Shown here one piece after another: positions 29,460-39,397 of a DNA stretch of 64,000 nt. The notes below the pieces were generated by a model that saw nothing but the letters and a program-made list of their open reading frames with translations, was not told the DNA's origin and searched no databases. Numbering within the stretch: position 1 is the stretch's first letter; each line of letters starts with the position of its first letter. The position numbers and the translations under genes are program-made. The stretch lies in assembly GCA_963851135.1 (NCBI GenBank), contig CAWKOB010000001.1, forward strand, positions 65,940 through 129,939, in the 5' to 3' direction. This DNA is from an uncultured Acidobacteriota bacterium. Its GTDB lineage: Bacteria > Acidobacteriota > Terriglobia > Terriglobales > Acidobacteriaceae.

Positions 29460-29956
29460 AAAAAACGCGCTCCTCTTTCCGATGAAAAAAATGGCCTTAA
29501 CGGCAGATATCAAGTATACCGCAGGCGAAGGCGCGAATCCAGTGAGAGTTCCACCACGATAACGCCATCGCGGCAACCCAAAGGATCGGCGATGGTTCCA
29601 ATTCTGTAGCGAAGAAATCACTCGCATGGTAAGCATTGACGGTGACTCAAGTCACCTCATAGTCACGGTTTCACCACGCATGGTGCAACCCTTTCAACGG
29701 ATTCGAAAGAAGTGTGAATGAGGGATTGCAATGACGTTCAAATGTGCTACTATCGCTTCCGTTCAACAAAAGATCTCGACGTCCCACGGAACGGAATTCA
29801 CCCACTCCCGAGGGTCAAAACCGACGGGCACCAACCACGGCTGATTTGCGCATGATAATGAAGAGGGGTCCAGGATTCGCATACCTGAACTCGCGACGAG
29901 CCGTTGTCTGAAACGGATGGATGAAGGTACACAGGGACGCAGCAAGGAATAGCTCG

Positions 29957-31357
29957 ATGGCATTTGCAATGTCTCCCACCCCCACGGCACTCAATCCCTG
30001 GCTGCAGATTCTGGCGGCCCTGGAAAAGAAAGTTATCCGCCAGTCGTTCGAAACCTGGCTCAAGCCAACACGCTTCAGTCATGCGGCGGGAAGAATGATT
30101 TTTGTACGAGTTCCGTCACCGGAGTTCCAGCAGATTGGCGACAAGTACAGCGATCTGATTCAGGAAGCGATTGAGGCGCAGTCGCTGGAGTTCGACGGAG
30201 TGTGCTTTGTGACCGCCGAGGAGGATCCGTCAACGCCGCCCGCGAACCGTTTCCCTCCCGTGCCGTCGCACGATCCCAAGGCGCCTCCGCCGCCGCCGCA
30301 GCGCGGCCCGGAGCAGGGGCGGTTCGATTGGTCGACTGCGGCGCAGCTGAACTCGCGCTACACTTTCGACAACTTCGTCATCGGCAACGGAAATCAGTTT
30401 GCGCGGGCAGCGGCGCTGGCCGTGGCCGAGCGCCCATCGCGCGCCTACAACCCGTTGTTCCTGTACGGGGGCGTGGGCATGGGCAAAACGCACCTGATGC
30501 AGGCCATCGGCCATGAGGTGAAGCGGCGCCAGCCCTCGGCGAACATCTGCTACGTCTCCGCGGAGAAGTTCACCAACGAGATGATCACTTCGCTGCGCAA
30601 CGACCGCATGACCAGCTTCCGCGACCGCTTCCGCACCGTGGACGTGCTGCTCATCGACGACATCCAGTTCATTGCCCAGAAGGAGCGCACCCAGGAGGAA
30701 TTCTTCCACACGTTCAACGCGCTGCATGAGAGCATGCGCCAGATCGTGATTGCCAGCGACCGGCCGCCCAAGGAACTGGCGGAGATCGAGGACCGCCTGC
30801 GCTCGCGGTTTGAGTGGGGATTGATCGCAGACATCCAGCCGCCGGACCTGGAGACGAAGGTGGCCATCCTGCAGAAGAAGGCAGAGACCGAACAGGCTAC
30901 GCTGCCGACGGATGTGGCGCTGTTTATCGCCTCCAACGTGCGCACCAACGTGCGCGAGCTCGAAGGCGCGCTGACCCGGCTCATCGCCTGGTGCCAGCTC
31001 AACCACGTGGACATCACGCTTGCCGCCGCGCAGCAGTGCCTGAAGCAGTTCATCGACATGCAGGTGCGCAAGGTGACGATCGAGGCTATTCAGCGTGCCG
31101 TGGCCGAGTCGTTCGGCATGCGGGTGACCGACCTGAAGCAGAAGAACAACGCGCGGCCGGTAGTGGTGCCGCGGCAGATCGCAATGTTCCTGGCCAAGCA
31201 AATGACCGAGGCAAGCCTGCCGGAGATCGGCCGGCAATTTGGCAACAAGCACCACACCACGGTGATGCACTCCATTTCGAAGATCGATGAGCTGCGGCGC
31301 TCGGATAAGGACCTTCAGCGCATGCTCAACAAGCTTCAGGACATGCTCAACGGCTAG
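29957..31357 (+). CDS. dnaA: Chromosomal replication initiator DnaA
   Basis: YTFDNFVIG, YNPLFLYGGVGMGKTHL, LLIDDIQF, RLRSRFEWGL, HTTVMHS; AAGGA RBS. Confidence 0.98.
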   Translation: MAFAMSPTPTALNPWLQILAALEKKVIRQSFETWLKPTRFSHAAGRMIFVRVPSPEFQQIGDKYSDLIQEAIEAQSLEFDGVCFVTAEEDPSTPPANRFPPVPSHDPKAPPPPPQRGPEQGRFDWSTAAQLNSRYTFDNFVIGNGNQFARAAALAVAERPSRAYNPLFLYGGVGMGKTHLMQAIGHEVKRRQPSANICYVSAEKFTNEMITSLRNDRMTSFRDRFRTVDVLLIDDIQFIAQKERTQEEFFHTFNALHESMRQIVIASDRPPKELAEIEDRLRSRFEWGLIADIQPPDLETKVAILQKKAETEQATLPTDVALFIASNVRTNVRELEGALTRLIAWCQLNHVDITLAAAQQCLKQFIDMQVRKVTIEAIQRAVAESFGMRVTDLKQKNNARPVVVPRQIAMFLAKQMTEASLPEIGRQFGNKHHTTVMHSISKIDELRRSDKDLQRMLNKLQDMLNG

Positions 31358-31378
31358 GCGGGTTCGAGCACAGAGGGG

Positions 31379-31411
31379 AAGGCCGCGCGATGCGCGGCCT
31401 TTTCATTTTTT
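31379..31411 (+). terminator. Intrinsic terminator after dnaA
   Basis: aaggccgcgc-gat-gcgcggcctt followed by ttcatttttt. Confidence 0.85.
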
Positions 31412-31474
31412 GCCCGTTGCCACAGCCTTAGAATTCTCTTAACATTTTCTGCCGAGCGCCTTAGACTGCCGCAC

Positions 31475-31915
31475 ATGGACAACGAGCGCATCCGCGAAAT
31501 CTGCCTGGGGCTCCCGCACGCGAAGGAGACGGTGAACTGGGGCCATCACCTGGTGTATTGGGTGGGGGATCGCGATATCGGGGGCAAGATGTTCGCGATG
31601 ACCGATCTCGACGGCACCGGGTTCGGCGTGCTCTGGTTTCATTGTGGATCCGAGCGGTTTCATGAGTTGCTCGAAATCGAAGGGATCTCCGCATCGCCGT
31701 ATCTGGCCAAGGCGCGCTGGGTGACCATGGAGCGCTGGGACGTGCTGCGGCCGCGCGAGATCGAAGAGGAGCTCAAACGGGCGCACGAACTGATCCATGC
31801 GAAACTGCCGAAACGGACGCGGAACCTTCTGGCTATGCCGGATGCGGAGCGGAACCTGATTCTGCGCGAGCGCAAGAAGGTGCTGGCGGCACGGACGAAG
31901 TCGAAGAAGGTGTGA
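31475..31915 (+). CDS. MmcQ/YjbR-family DNA-binding protein
   Basis: ICLGLPHAKETVNWG...GGKMFA...SPYLAKARWV. Confidence 0.85.
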   Translation: MDNERIREICLGLPHAKETVNWGHHLVYWVGDRDIGGKMFAMTDLDGTGFGVLWFHCGSERFHELLEIEGISASPYLAKARWVTMERWDVLRPREIEEELKRAHELIHAKLPKRTRNLLAMPDAERNLILRERKKVLAARTKSKKV

Positions 31916-31955
31916 CCGGCTGAGAGGGCAGATGTTGGAGGAGCGGTTATGCGCT

Positions 31956-32056
31956 GTCTTACGCCGTCTTACATGGACTTACGGCGGGCAGAGGCACACC
32001 AGTTCGTAAGACACGGTCTTACGCGGTGTCTTACAGGTCTTACAGCGCTGTCTTAC
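31956..32056. repeat. Array of GTCTTAC heptamers (7 direct incl. one GACTTAC, 1 inverted)
   Basis: Copies start at 31956, 31966, 31976, 32016, 32028, 32037, 32050; inverted GTAAGAC at 32006. Confidence 0.85.
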
Positions 32057-32097
32057 GATTGATCGCCTCCAAGCCTGCTGTCGACATTCAGAACGGG

Positions 32098-34158
32098 CTA
32101 CCAAACCCGGCATGGCGGATCCGCCACCATCTTGTCGCTCTTTTTGCATCGGAAGCTTTTGGCGAAATCGGGCAGATCGCTCAGCACGGTGTTGGCGCGG
32201 TATTCGTCGGGCGCGTGCTCGTCTGTCAGTGCCTGGCTGCGGAGTTGTTCGGGGCGCGTCTGTGTGCACCACTGCTGCGCATAGGCAATCCAGAAGCGCT
32301 GGTCGGGCGTGTAGCCGTCCATCTTTGCGCTCATGTCCAGGTGCTGGGCCTCGGCCTTGTCGACATACGCAAGCCAGGCGATCCAGAGTCCGCCGAGGTC
32401 GGCGAGGTTTTCGCCCAGGGTCAGTTTGCCATTTAGATGGACGCCGGGAACGGCCTCGATGGCGTCGTATTGCTTCACCATGCATTCGGCACGCTGATTG
32501 AAGTTCTGCCCGTCGATTTTGGTCCACCAGTCGCGCAGGTTGCCGTCCTTGTCGAATTGGCGGCCTTCGTCGTCGAAGCCATGGGTGAGTTCGTGGCCGA
32601 TGGTCGACCCCATGTCACCGTAATTTGCGGCATCGTCTTCCTTGTCGCTGAAAAACGGAGGCTGGAAGTATCCCGCCGGAAAGTTCACATTGTTCTGCTG
32701 CGGATCGTAGTAGGCATTCACGGTTGGCGGCGACATCTCCCATTCGCCTTTGTCCACCGGCTTGCCGATTTTGGCCATGTCGCGGTCAAAGTCGAATTCG
32801 CGCACGCGTTCCTGGTTGCCCAGCGCCTCTCCGCGCACGATTTCGAGTTTGGAGTAATCGCGCCACTTGTCGGGATAGCCGATCTTGTTCATCACGGCAT
32901 GCAGCTTCTCTTCGGCTTTGGCTTTGGTCTCCGGGCTCATCCAGTCGAGAGACTGAATGTCCGAGCTCATCGCCTGCTCAATGGCGAGCGTCATGGCGAC
33001 GGCGTGTTGCTTGGCGTCGGGAGGAAAGTATTGGGCAACGAATACCTGGCCCAGCGCCTCGCCCATCTCGCGATCGACGCGGCTGGTGCAGCGTTTCCAG
33101 CGTTCCTGCTCCTTCTCCGCCCCATACAGGAGGTGCGCGTAGAAATGCCAGTTTTCCTGGTCGAAGGCTTCTGGCATCGACGTGCCGGCGTAGGCGTGAA
33201 GCAGGTGCCAACGGATGTAGGTCTTAATCTGATCCAGCGGCGTATCGGCAAGGATCGTGTTGAATTCGGCGAAGAACTTCGGCTCCGTGTCGTTCATACG
33301 GCCGGTTGCGGGTGCATGAGCCGCGGCGTCATAGGAGGCAAGCTTGAAATGGGTGAGACCACCGCCGAAGTTTGCCAGATCGGTGGGGTGATTCAGGTTC
33401 TGCGGATCGCGCTGCTCGGTGATGGTGAGCGAAGCTTTGGCCAAACGTGTCTCGATGGCGAGAACGGTTGCGGCATCCTGCTGGGCCGCGAGTTGCGGCT
33501 CGCCGGCCAGCGTGAACATCTTGGCCACGTGCTCTACATACTGGCGGCGCTGCTCTGCCGATTTGGCATCGGTGCGGGTGTAGTAGTCGCGCTCGGGCAG
33601 CCCCAGTCCGCCGGCATAGTAAAAACTGATCACGCGGTTGGCGTCGGCGAAATCCTGGCCGGAGCTCATGATGAAGAACGCGTTGACGCCGATGCGATGC
33701 AGATGGCCGAGCAGCGCGGGAAGATCGTCAACGGACTTGAGGGCGCCGATGCGGTCCAGCTCCGGCTGCAATGGCGCCAGGCCTTGCTTGTCGATCTCCG
33801 GCACATTTATGCAGCTCGCGTACTCGTCGCCGATCTTCTGCTCGTTGGCACTGCGCGCGGCTGGATGCGCGGATGCCGCGGACTCGAGGATTTGCCTCAG
33901 ATGCACGCGGTTCAACTCATAGAGCTCAGTAAAACGGCCGTACGAGGCCTGATCGGCGGGCAAAGGATTCTTCTTGAACCAGACATTGCAGCTGTAGCGG
34001 TAGAAGTTCTGGCAGGGATCCACCGTGGTGTCGATCAGCGAGGGATCGAAGACGCGGAGCTCCGAGGGCGAAGGCGTGGGCTGGGCGTTTTGGGCCAACA
34101 GGGGCGCGGCCGTGGAAGCGGCGGCGAGCAGGCAGCATACGGCAGTTGCGCGAATCAT
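32098..34158 (-). CDS. M13-family (neprilysin/PepO-like) metallopeptidase, secreted
   Basis: Signal peptide; [27 protein letters not shown]. Confidence 0.95.
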   Translation of the reverse strand: MIRATAVCCLLAAASTAAPLLAQNAQPTPSPSELRVFDPSLIDTTVDPCQNFYRYSCNVWFKKNPLPADQASYGRFTELYELNRVHLRQILESAASAHPAARSANEQKIGDEYASCINVPEIDKQGLAPLQPELDRIGALKSVDDLPALLGHLHRIGVNAFFIMSSGQDFADANRVISFYYAGGLGLPERDYYTRTDAKSAEQRRQYVEHVAKMFTLAGEPQLAAQQDAATVLAIETRLAKASLTITEQRDPQNLNHPTDLANFGGGLTHFKLASYDAAAHAPATGRMNDTEPKFFAEFNTILADTPLDQIKTYIRWHLLHAYAGTSMPEAFDQENWHFYAHLLYGAEKEQERWKRCTSRVDREMGEALGQVFVAQYFPPDAKQHAVAMTLAIEQAMSSDIQSLDWMSPETKAKAEEKLHAVMNKIGYPDKWRDYSKLEIVRGEALGNQERVREFDFDRDMAKIGKPVDKGEWEMSPPTVNAYYDPQQNNVNFPAGYFQPPFFSDKEDDAANYGDMGSTIGHELTHGFDDEGRQFDKDGNLRDWWTKIDGQNFNQRAECMVKQYDAIEAVPGVHLNGKLTLGENLADLGGLWIAWLAYVDKAEAQHLDMSAKMDGYTPDQRFWIAYAQQWCTQTRPEQLRSQALTDEHAPDEYRANTVLSDLPDFAKSFRCKKSDKMVADPPCRVW

Positions 34159-34253
34159 GCCGAAACTTTAGCAGATGGAAGAGCCAAGACACAGTGGGTA
34201 TTTTCGGGCCGGTACAATGGGAAAGAAAGCGATATCTGGAGGAAAACGAGCAA

Positions 34254-34670
34254 GTGGCGCAGCGCACATTCAGCATTATTAAGCCGGATGCGGTCCGCAA
34301 GGGATACACCGGCGCGATTCTGGCCGAAATCGAGAAGGCCGGATTTCAGATTCTTGCCATCAAGAGGCAGTCTATTTCAAAAGAGCAGGCCGAGGGGTTC
34401 TATGCCGTGCACAAAGATCGGCCGTTCTTCGAATCGTTGACCAACTTCATGTCGTCGGGGCCGATCGTGTTGATGGTATTGGAGAAGGAGAACGCAATTG
34501 CCGATCTGCGCCAGTTGATGGGCGCAACCAATCCCGCCAATGCGGACGAGGGCACGATTCGGAGGAAGTTCGCGGAATCGATTGAGGAGAATGCCATCCA
34601 CGGTTCTGACGGCGAAGAAACGGCGGCCTTCGAAATTGGATACTGGTTTGCAGGCTATGAATTGATCTAG
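34254..34670 (+). CDS. ndk: Nucleoside diphosphate kinase
   Basis: [24 protein letters not shown]; GTG start after GGAGG. Confidence 0.96.
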   Translation: MAQRTFSIIKPDAVRKGYTGAILAEIEKAGFQILAIKRQSISKEQAEGFYAVHKDRPFFESLTNFMSSGPIVLMVLEKENAIADLRQLMGATNPANADEGTIRRKFAESIEENAIHGSDGEETAAFEIGYWFAGYELI

Positions 34671-34735
34671 GTCCGCAGACCTGGGCGATAAGTATGCTCA
34701 TGTTTGCAGGCGCGGAGCGATCGTCGTTTTCGCAG

Positions 34736-35395
34736 TCAACCGAATAAGTCGTCGATTTTCTGGCGCAGCGCGGCCACCTCCGTGCGCAACTCCGCTATCT
34801 CGACTTCAAGGCGGTCGATTCGATCGGGCTCTGCCGTTTCGGCTGAGGGCGAATAGATCGGCGGGGCTGACATACCTGCGGCCTCAATCTTGCCCGACAG
34901 CAGATGCGCATAGCGCGATTCCTTGGTTCCGGGCTGGCGCGGCAGCACAGTCACCAGCGGAGGATCTCGATCCATTAACCTTTGCAAGCCGGCGGTAACG
35001 TCGGTCAGTTCTTCGAACCGGTGCATACGCTCGGTGCGTCCGCGCAACTCGCCCGGCGTCTGCGGTCCGCGCAGAAGCAGGACGCAGATCAGCGCCGTTT
35101 CCGCGCGGCTGAAGTTGAAGGCCTCGCCCAGCCAATGCTCGTATCTGGTCACGCGGCCGTCGCTGTTGCGCGCGCGGCCGGCCAGCCCCTTGTCCTCAAG
35201 CCCACGCAGCGCCGACCGGAGGTCGTCCTCGTCCAGGGCGGTCACTGGCTCGCGATTGGAGCGTTGGTTGCATGCGTTGATTAGCGCGTTCAACGACAGC
35301 GGGTAGTAATCGGGGGTGGTCACTTCCTTCTCGATAAGCGATCCGAGAACGCGCGCCTGGGCGGCCGTGAGCACGACAGGTTGAGTGATCGGCAT
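34736..35395 (-). CDS. YceH/DUF480 family protein
   Basis: RVLGSLIEKEVTTPDYYPLSLNALINACNQRSNREP; LLRGPQTPGELRGR. Confidence 0.9.
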   Translation of the reverse strand: MPITQPVVLTAAQARVLGSLIEKEVTTPDYYPLSLNALINACNQRSNREPVTALDEDDLRSALRGLEDKGLAGRARNSDGRVTRYEHWLGEAFNFSRAETALICVLLLRGPQTPGELRGRTERMHRFEELTDVTAGLQRLMDRDPPLVTVLPRQPGTKESRYAHLLSGKIEAAGMSAPPIYSPSAETAEPDRIDRLEVEIAELRTEVAALRQKIDDLFG

Positions 35396-35520
35396 ATGGA
35401 GTCATTCTCGCATTTGGCGGGTGCAGCGGCCATTGCTCAATCAAGGAGGTCTCCGGGACAGACTGCAATTTTGCCCCGGTGATTCCAAGCCCCCGCCCCG
35501 CTCTGCGATACTGTTCTGTC

Positions 35521-36072
35521 ATGCCGATTGAAGATCTCCAGCAGGCTGCCCAGAAAATCGCCGGGTTCCTCTCCACCTTGAACAAGCTGGGAGGATTCCA
35601 CTTCAAGTACCGGATCACGGCGGGCGATGGCGCGCGCGATCCGCAGGAGCTGGAAGCGCGGCTCATTTATGTGGAGTTGGGCGGGCCGGACGTTCCGACG
35701 CTGACCCAGCACAACGGCGAGCTGCTGCGCGCGCTGGAGACACTGGCGGTGCAGATGCTTCGGCTGGACCAGCGCGAGCACGACCTGATCAGCTTCGATG
35801 CGGGGAACTTCAAGGCCCTGCGGGCGCAGGAGCTGCGCATGGCCGCGGAAACGGCGGCGGAAAAGGTGCTCAAGACCGGTGTGCCGTATGCGTTTCCGCC
35901 CATGAACAGCCGGGAGCGGCGATTGCTCCACCTGGCTTTCAAGGAAATGGAAGGCGTTGAGACGGCCAGCTCCGGCGAGGGGCAGGATCGCTTTCTGGCG
36001 GTGTACCCGGCGGGCAAGACCCATCTTCCCGTGCAAGCGCCGACGCGCCCGCGTGCTTTTGGACGCCGCTAA
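35521..36072 (+). CDS. jag: Jag/KhpB (EloR) KH + R3H RNA-binding protein, without the N-terminal Jag domain
   Basis: GELLRALE, PMNSRERRLLH, TASSGEG. Confidence 0.85.
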   Translation: MPIEDLQQAAQKIAGFLSTLNKLGGFHFKYRITAGDGARDPQELEARLIYVELGGPDVPTLTQHNGELLRALETLAVQMLRLDQREHDLISFDAGNFKALRAQELRMAAETAAEKVLKTGVPYAFPPMNSRERRLLHLAFKEMEGVETASSGEGQDRFLAVYPAGKTHLPVQAPTRPRAFGRR

Positions 36073-36082
36073 ATCGCCATCG

Positions 36083-36170
36083 AAACATATCAACATATCA
36101 AGATGCGCTGGAAGTGTGCATATGCATTTTTTATGCAATTATCAACGCATCAAGATATGACGATGTGTTT
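36083..36170. repeat. AT-rich imperfect inverted repeat built from 8-bp ATCAA units
   Basis: aaacatatcaacatatcaagatgcgctg versus reverse complement of caacgcatcaagatatgacgatgtgttt. Confidence 0.7.
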
Positions 36171-36200
36171 TTGGGCTGGTTTTCCCCGTCTGGTCCCTGT

Positions 36201-37841
36201 TTAGAACCTGGCTTCAAACTGGCGGAAACGCTGCTCGAGCTCCCATTGCGCGGCGGCTTTTTCGCTGCCGTCAAGAAGAGTCTTGCATGCCTCTGACGGT
36301 TTCTCGGAACCGAGGACCTGTCCCCGGCAGCCACCCCTCGCCACCGTAAACTCATCCGGCGTGGCCCAGAGGCTTTCGCCGGGAAGGAAGCTGTGCTCCA
36401 TCCCTGTCCGCGCCAACTGCTTCAGATCGCGATAGGTCAAGCGATAATCGATCGCGGCGCGCGCGTATTCGTGAGTGATTTCAATGCGGCTGACGCCTTC
36501 ATCGTCGGTGGAGAGGGCAACGGGCACGTGGGCATCGCGATAGATGGGAAACGGATGCATTTCGCCCTTCACACCGAGGATTCCGTCGTTCGAGCTTAGG
36601 TTGATCTCCACCATCACGTGCTGCGCGGCCATTTCGCGAAGCAGCCCGCGGGCATCGTCTTCGTACATGACATCGACGCCATGACCGATGCGCTCGGCAT
36701 GGCCGAGTTCGACGGCTTGCCGAATGTGGAAACGCAGTCCTTCGGGAGGAACCAGGCCCGGTGCGAGTTCGCCGGCGTGCAGTGTGATGTGGACTTTCGG
36801 ATAAACGGAATGCAGGTAGCCCACCATCTTCATTTGCAGGGTGTAGTCGCGCATGGTGACGAAGTCATCCTCGGGCCGGACGAAGTTGATGCCGACGAAA
36901 CCGGGATCGTGCGCGTCGATGCTGGCTGCCGCGGTCTCAAAGCCCAGCAAGGCTTGCGCAAAAACTTGCTCGGGCGGAAGATCGCGCAGCACCTGCCAGA
37001 GGAAGCGGACCTCGACCTGACAGGCGGGCGCGGCCTGCGGGGTGCCGCAGTGCTCCAGTTGTTTGCGCCGGGCTTCCGCGGCGCGCGCCTGTTCGCGATC
37101 CGCGGCTACCTCGTCGCGCAATCCCTTGTCCAGTATCTGCTGCCGGAACTGGGCGAATGCGCGTGGATCGGCCTGCGCCAACTGCGGGCTCCAGCCGATC
37201 TCGTGCGCAATCCCGGCGGCATGGCTGAAGGGCGGCGTCACCATCAGCTCAAGGTACTGCTGGTTCTGTGCGGCGGCGCGGCTTGCCACGTCGTCGACCC
37301 ATTCGCCGGTATGATCCTTGACCGCATCGATGCGATCGAAGACGGCGAAGAAATGGTCATGACCGCTCCAGCCCGCCGAAGGCACAAAGCTGCGCATGGA
37401 AAGCGAGTCGATCAACTTGTCGTAAAGCAGTTGGGTCTGGCGGTCGATGTTCCCGGAAAAGGTCTTGGCGGGAATGAGGCCGTCTTTGCACGGAGGCTTG
37501 ACGATGCTCAGGGCTACGGTGTCCACGCACAGGCCATCGTCACCGGAGTCGCGAATGAGGGTCTCGGCATAGACCGCGCCGGAAAGGTGAACATGGAGAT
37601 CGGCGCCCTTGGGGAATGGATGCAAGAACGCATAGACAGCGAGCGGTCCTTGGCGCATGGCATCGTTGTAAGCGCGCGTGGCGCGGGCCTCGGCGCCGTG
37701 ATCGGGCTCGACTGCGCCGGCTTGCACTACCGGCTGCAATGGTGCGTTTGCGGCCGGCTGGGCGGCGGCGCAGAGGATGGATGCTACGGCGAGAAAGGAA
37801 AGAGTTGCGGCGCGCGCGATGGCTTTGAGGGGAGCGTGCAT
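36201..37841 (-). CDS. Secreted adenosine deaminase-like amidohydrolase
   Basis: Signal peptide; PKGADLHVHLSG, LHAGE, RIGHG, STDDEG. Confidence 0.88.
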   Translation of the reverse strand: MHAPLKAIARAATLSFLAVASILCAAAQPAANAPLQPVVQAGAVEPDHGAEARATRAYNDAMRQGPLAVYAFLHPFPKGADLHVHLSGAVYAETLIRDSGDDGLCVDTVALSIVKPPCKDGLIPAKTFSGNIDRQTQLLYDKLIDSLSMRSFVPSAGWSGHDHFFAVFDRIDAVKDHTGEWVDDVASRAAAQNQQYLELMVTPPFSHAAGIAHEIGWSPQLAQADPRAFAQFRQQILDKGLRDEVAADREQARAAEARRKQLEHCGTPQAAPACQVEVRFLWQVLRDLPPEQVFAQALLGFETAAASIDAHDPGFVGINFVRPEDDFVTMRDYTLQMKMVGYLHSVYPKVHITLHAGELAPGLVPPEGLRFHIRQAVELGHAERIGHGVDVMYEDDARGLLREMAAQHVMVEINLSSNDGILGVKGEMHPFPIYRDAHVPVALSTDDEGVSRIEITHEYARAAIDYRLTYRDLKQLARTGMEHSFLPGESLWATPDEFTVARGGCRGQVLGSEKPSEACKTLLDGSEKAAAQWELEQRFRQFEARF

Positions 37842-38053
37842 GATTGCCTAACAGTGTAGGACAGCCGGACCAGATTGTTAGACAGATTGACAGCGGCGAA
37901 TTGGGCCTTCATCGCCGCGAGCGGTGGTTGGCTGGCCGCGCCGGGTATTGCTATACTTGGGCAAGTAGTTGCAGGCGACTGTTCGAGGACACTGCATCCG
38001 TTCCGGTCCCAACCGGAAATCCCGCGCAGGAAATGCAACGCAATCTGCACTGA

Positions 38054-38128
38054 GGCCAGGTAGCTCAGTGGTAGAGCGCGGCCCTGAAAAGGCCGGCGTC
38101 GGCGGTTCAATCCCGTCCCTGGCCACCA
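38054..38128 (+). tRNA. tRNA-Phe(GAA)
   Basis: GGCCAGG/CCTGGCC acceptor stem, anticodon arm CGGCC-CTGAAAA-GGCCG, GGTTCAATCC, encoded CCA. Confidence 0.97.
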
Positions 38129-38270
38129 TTCCTGTTCCAGCCCATTCCAACGGATGCCACAATTCGCTTAGTATTTCCCGCCGCGTCTTTCGGAAAGAAA
38201 TCGAGCGTGACAATTGTGAACGAGGAGGGGCAGATGCCGATGGGCCGAATCGCGGCGGTACACTTTCACC

Positions 38271-39260
38271 GTGACCAACCAGAATTTATCCATTTCGCCA
38301 ATGAAGGATCCCGTTTCCTGGCTTTATCCACCGATCGAGCCTTATAACACAGGCTGGCTGCCGGTTTCGCCGGTCCACGAACTCTACTTTGAGGAAAGCG
38401 GCAACCCGGCAGGCAAGCCAGTTGTGTTTCTGCATGGCGGTCCCGGCGGCGGCTCCGATCCCAAACAGCGCCGTTTCTTTCATCCCGAAAAATACCGCAT
38501 CATCTGCTTTGACCAGCGCGGTTGCGGCAAAAGCACGCCCTACGCATCCCTGGAGGACAACACCACCTGGGACCTGGTCGCGGACATCGAAAAACTCCGC
38601 GTGCATCTCGGCATTGAGCGCTGGCAGGTCTTCGGCGGTTCCTGGGGCTCGACGCTGGCCCTGGCCTACGCCGAGATGCATCCTGAGCGCGTCACCGAGT
38701 TAATTCTCCGCGGCATCTTCCTGCTGCGCCGGCAGGAGATCGAATGGTTCTACCAGCGCGGCGCCTCGATTCTCTACCCGGACGCCTGGGAACCATATCT
38801 TGCTCACATCCCGGAAGCCGAGCGTGGCGATCTGCTTACGGCTTACTACCGCCGCCTGACCAGCGAAGACGCGTCCGAGCGGCTGGCTGCCGCGAAGATA
38901 TGGAGCAGATGGGAAGGCGCCACTTCCAAGCTCCTGCCCGACACGGCTTTCACCAGCCACTACGAAGAGGACGAGTTCGCCCTCGCGTTCGCGCGTATCG
39001 AGGCCCACTACTTTATCAACAAAGGTTTCCTCGATTGCGACGATCAGTTGCTGCGCGATGCCGGTCGGATTCGCCAGATCCCTGGCGTGATTGTGCAGGG
39101 CCGCTACGATGTGGTCTGTCCCATGGAGAGCGCCTGGGCTCTTCACCGCGCATGGCCTGAAGCCGACCTTGTGATCACCCCTGACTGCGGTCATAGCGCC
39201 TTCGACCCGCCGAATACCCGCGCCCTGGTTGCAGCTACCGACAAATTTGCCGGCTGCTGA
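38271..39260 (+). CDS. pip: Proline iminopeptidase
   Basis: LHGGPGGG, FDQRGCGKS, GGSWGS, GRYDVVCP, GHSA. Confidence 0.95.
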   Translation: MTNQNLSISPMKDPVSWLYPPIEPYNTGWLPVSPVHELYFEESGNPAGKPVVFLHGGPGGGSDPKQRRFFHPEKYRIICFDQRGCGKSTPYASLEDNTTWDLVADIEKLRVHLGIERWQVFGGSWGSTLALAYAEMHPERVTELILRGIFLLRRQEIEWFYQRGASILYPDAWEPYLAHIPEAERGDLLTAYYRRLTSEDASERLAAAKIWSRWEGATSKLLPDTAFTSHYEEDEFALAFARIEAHYFINKGFLDCDDQLLRDAGRIRQIPGVIVQGRYDVVCPMESAWALHRAWPEADLVITPDCGHSAFDPPNTRALVAATDKFAGC

Positions 39261-39397
39261 CAACCCAAGCTGGCCGGTCCATGAACAGATGGGCGATGCG
39301 CTATTACGTAACGGAGCGATGAGCGCGGCAGATGTCTCCCGCGTTGCGCCAGGGCCAATCGGGTCACGCGCGAAAGGGGCAGAGAGCAGGTCCAACA

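Noticed and set aside
32437-34440. Long antisense ORFs (also 51758..54436, 26650..28080, 36618..37859)
   Set aside because: Shadow ORFs opposite well-supported genes, as expected from high-GC codon bias.
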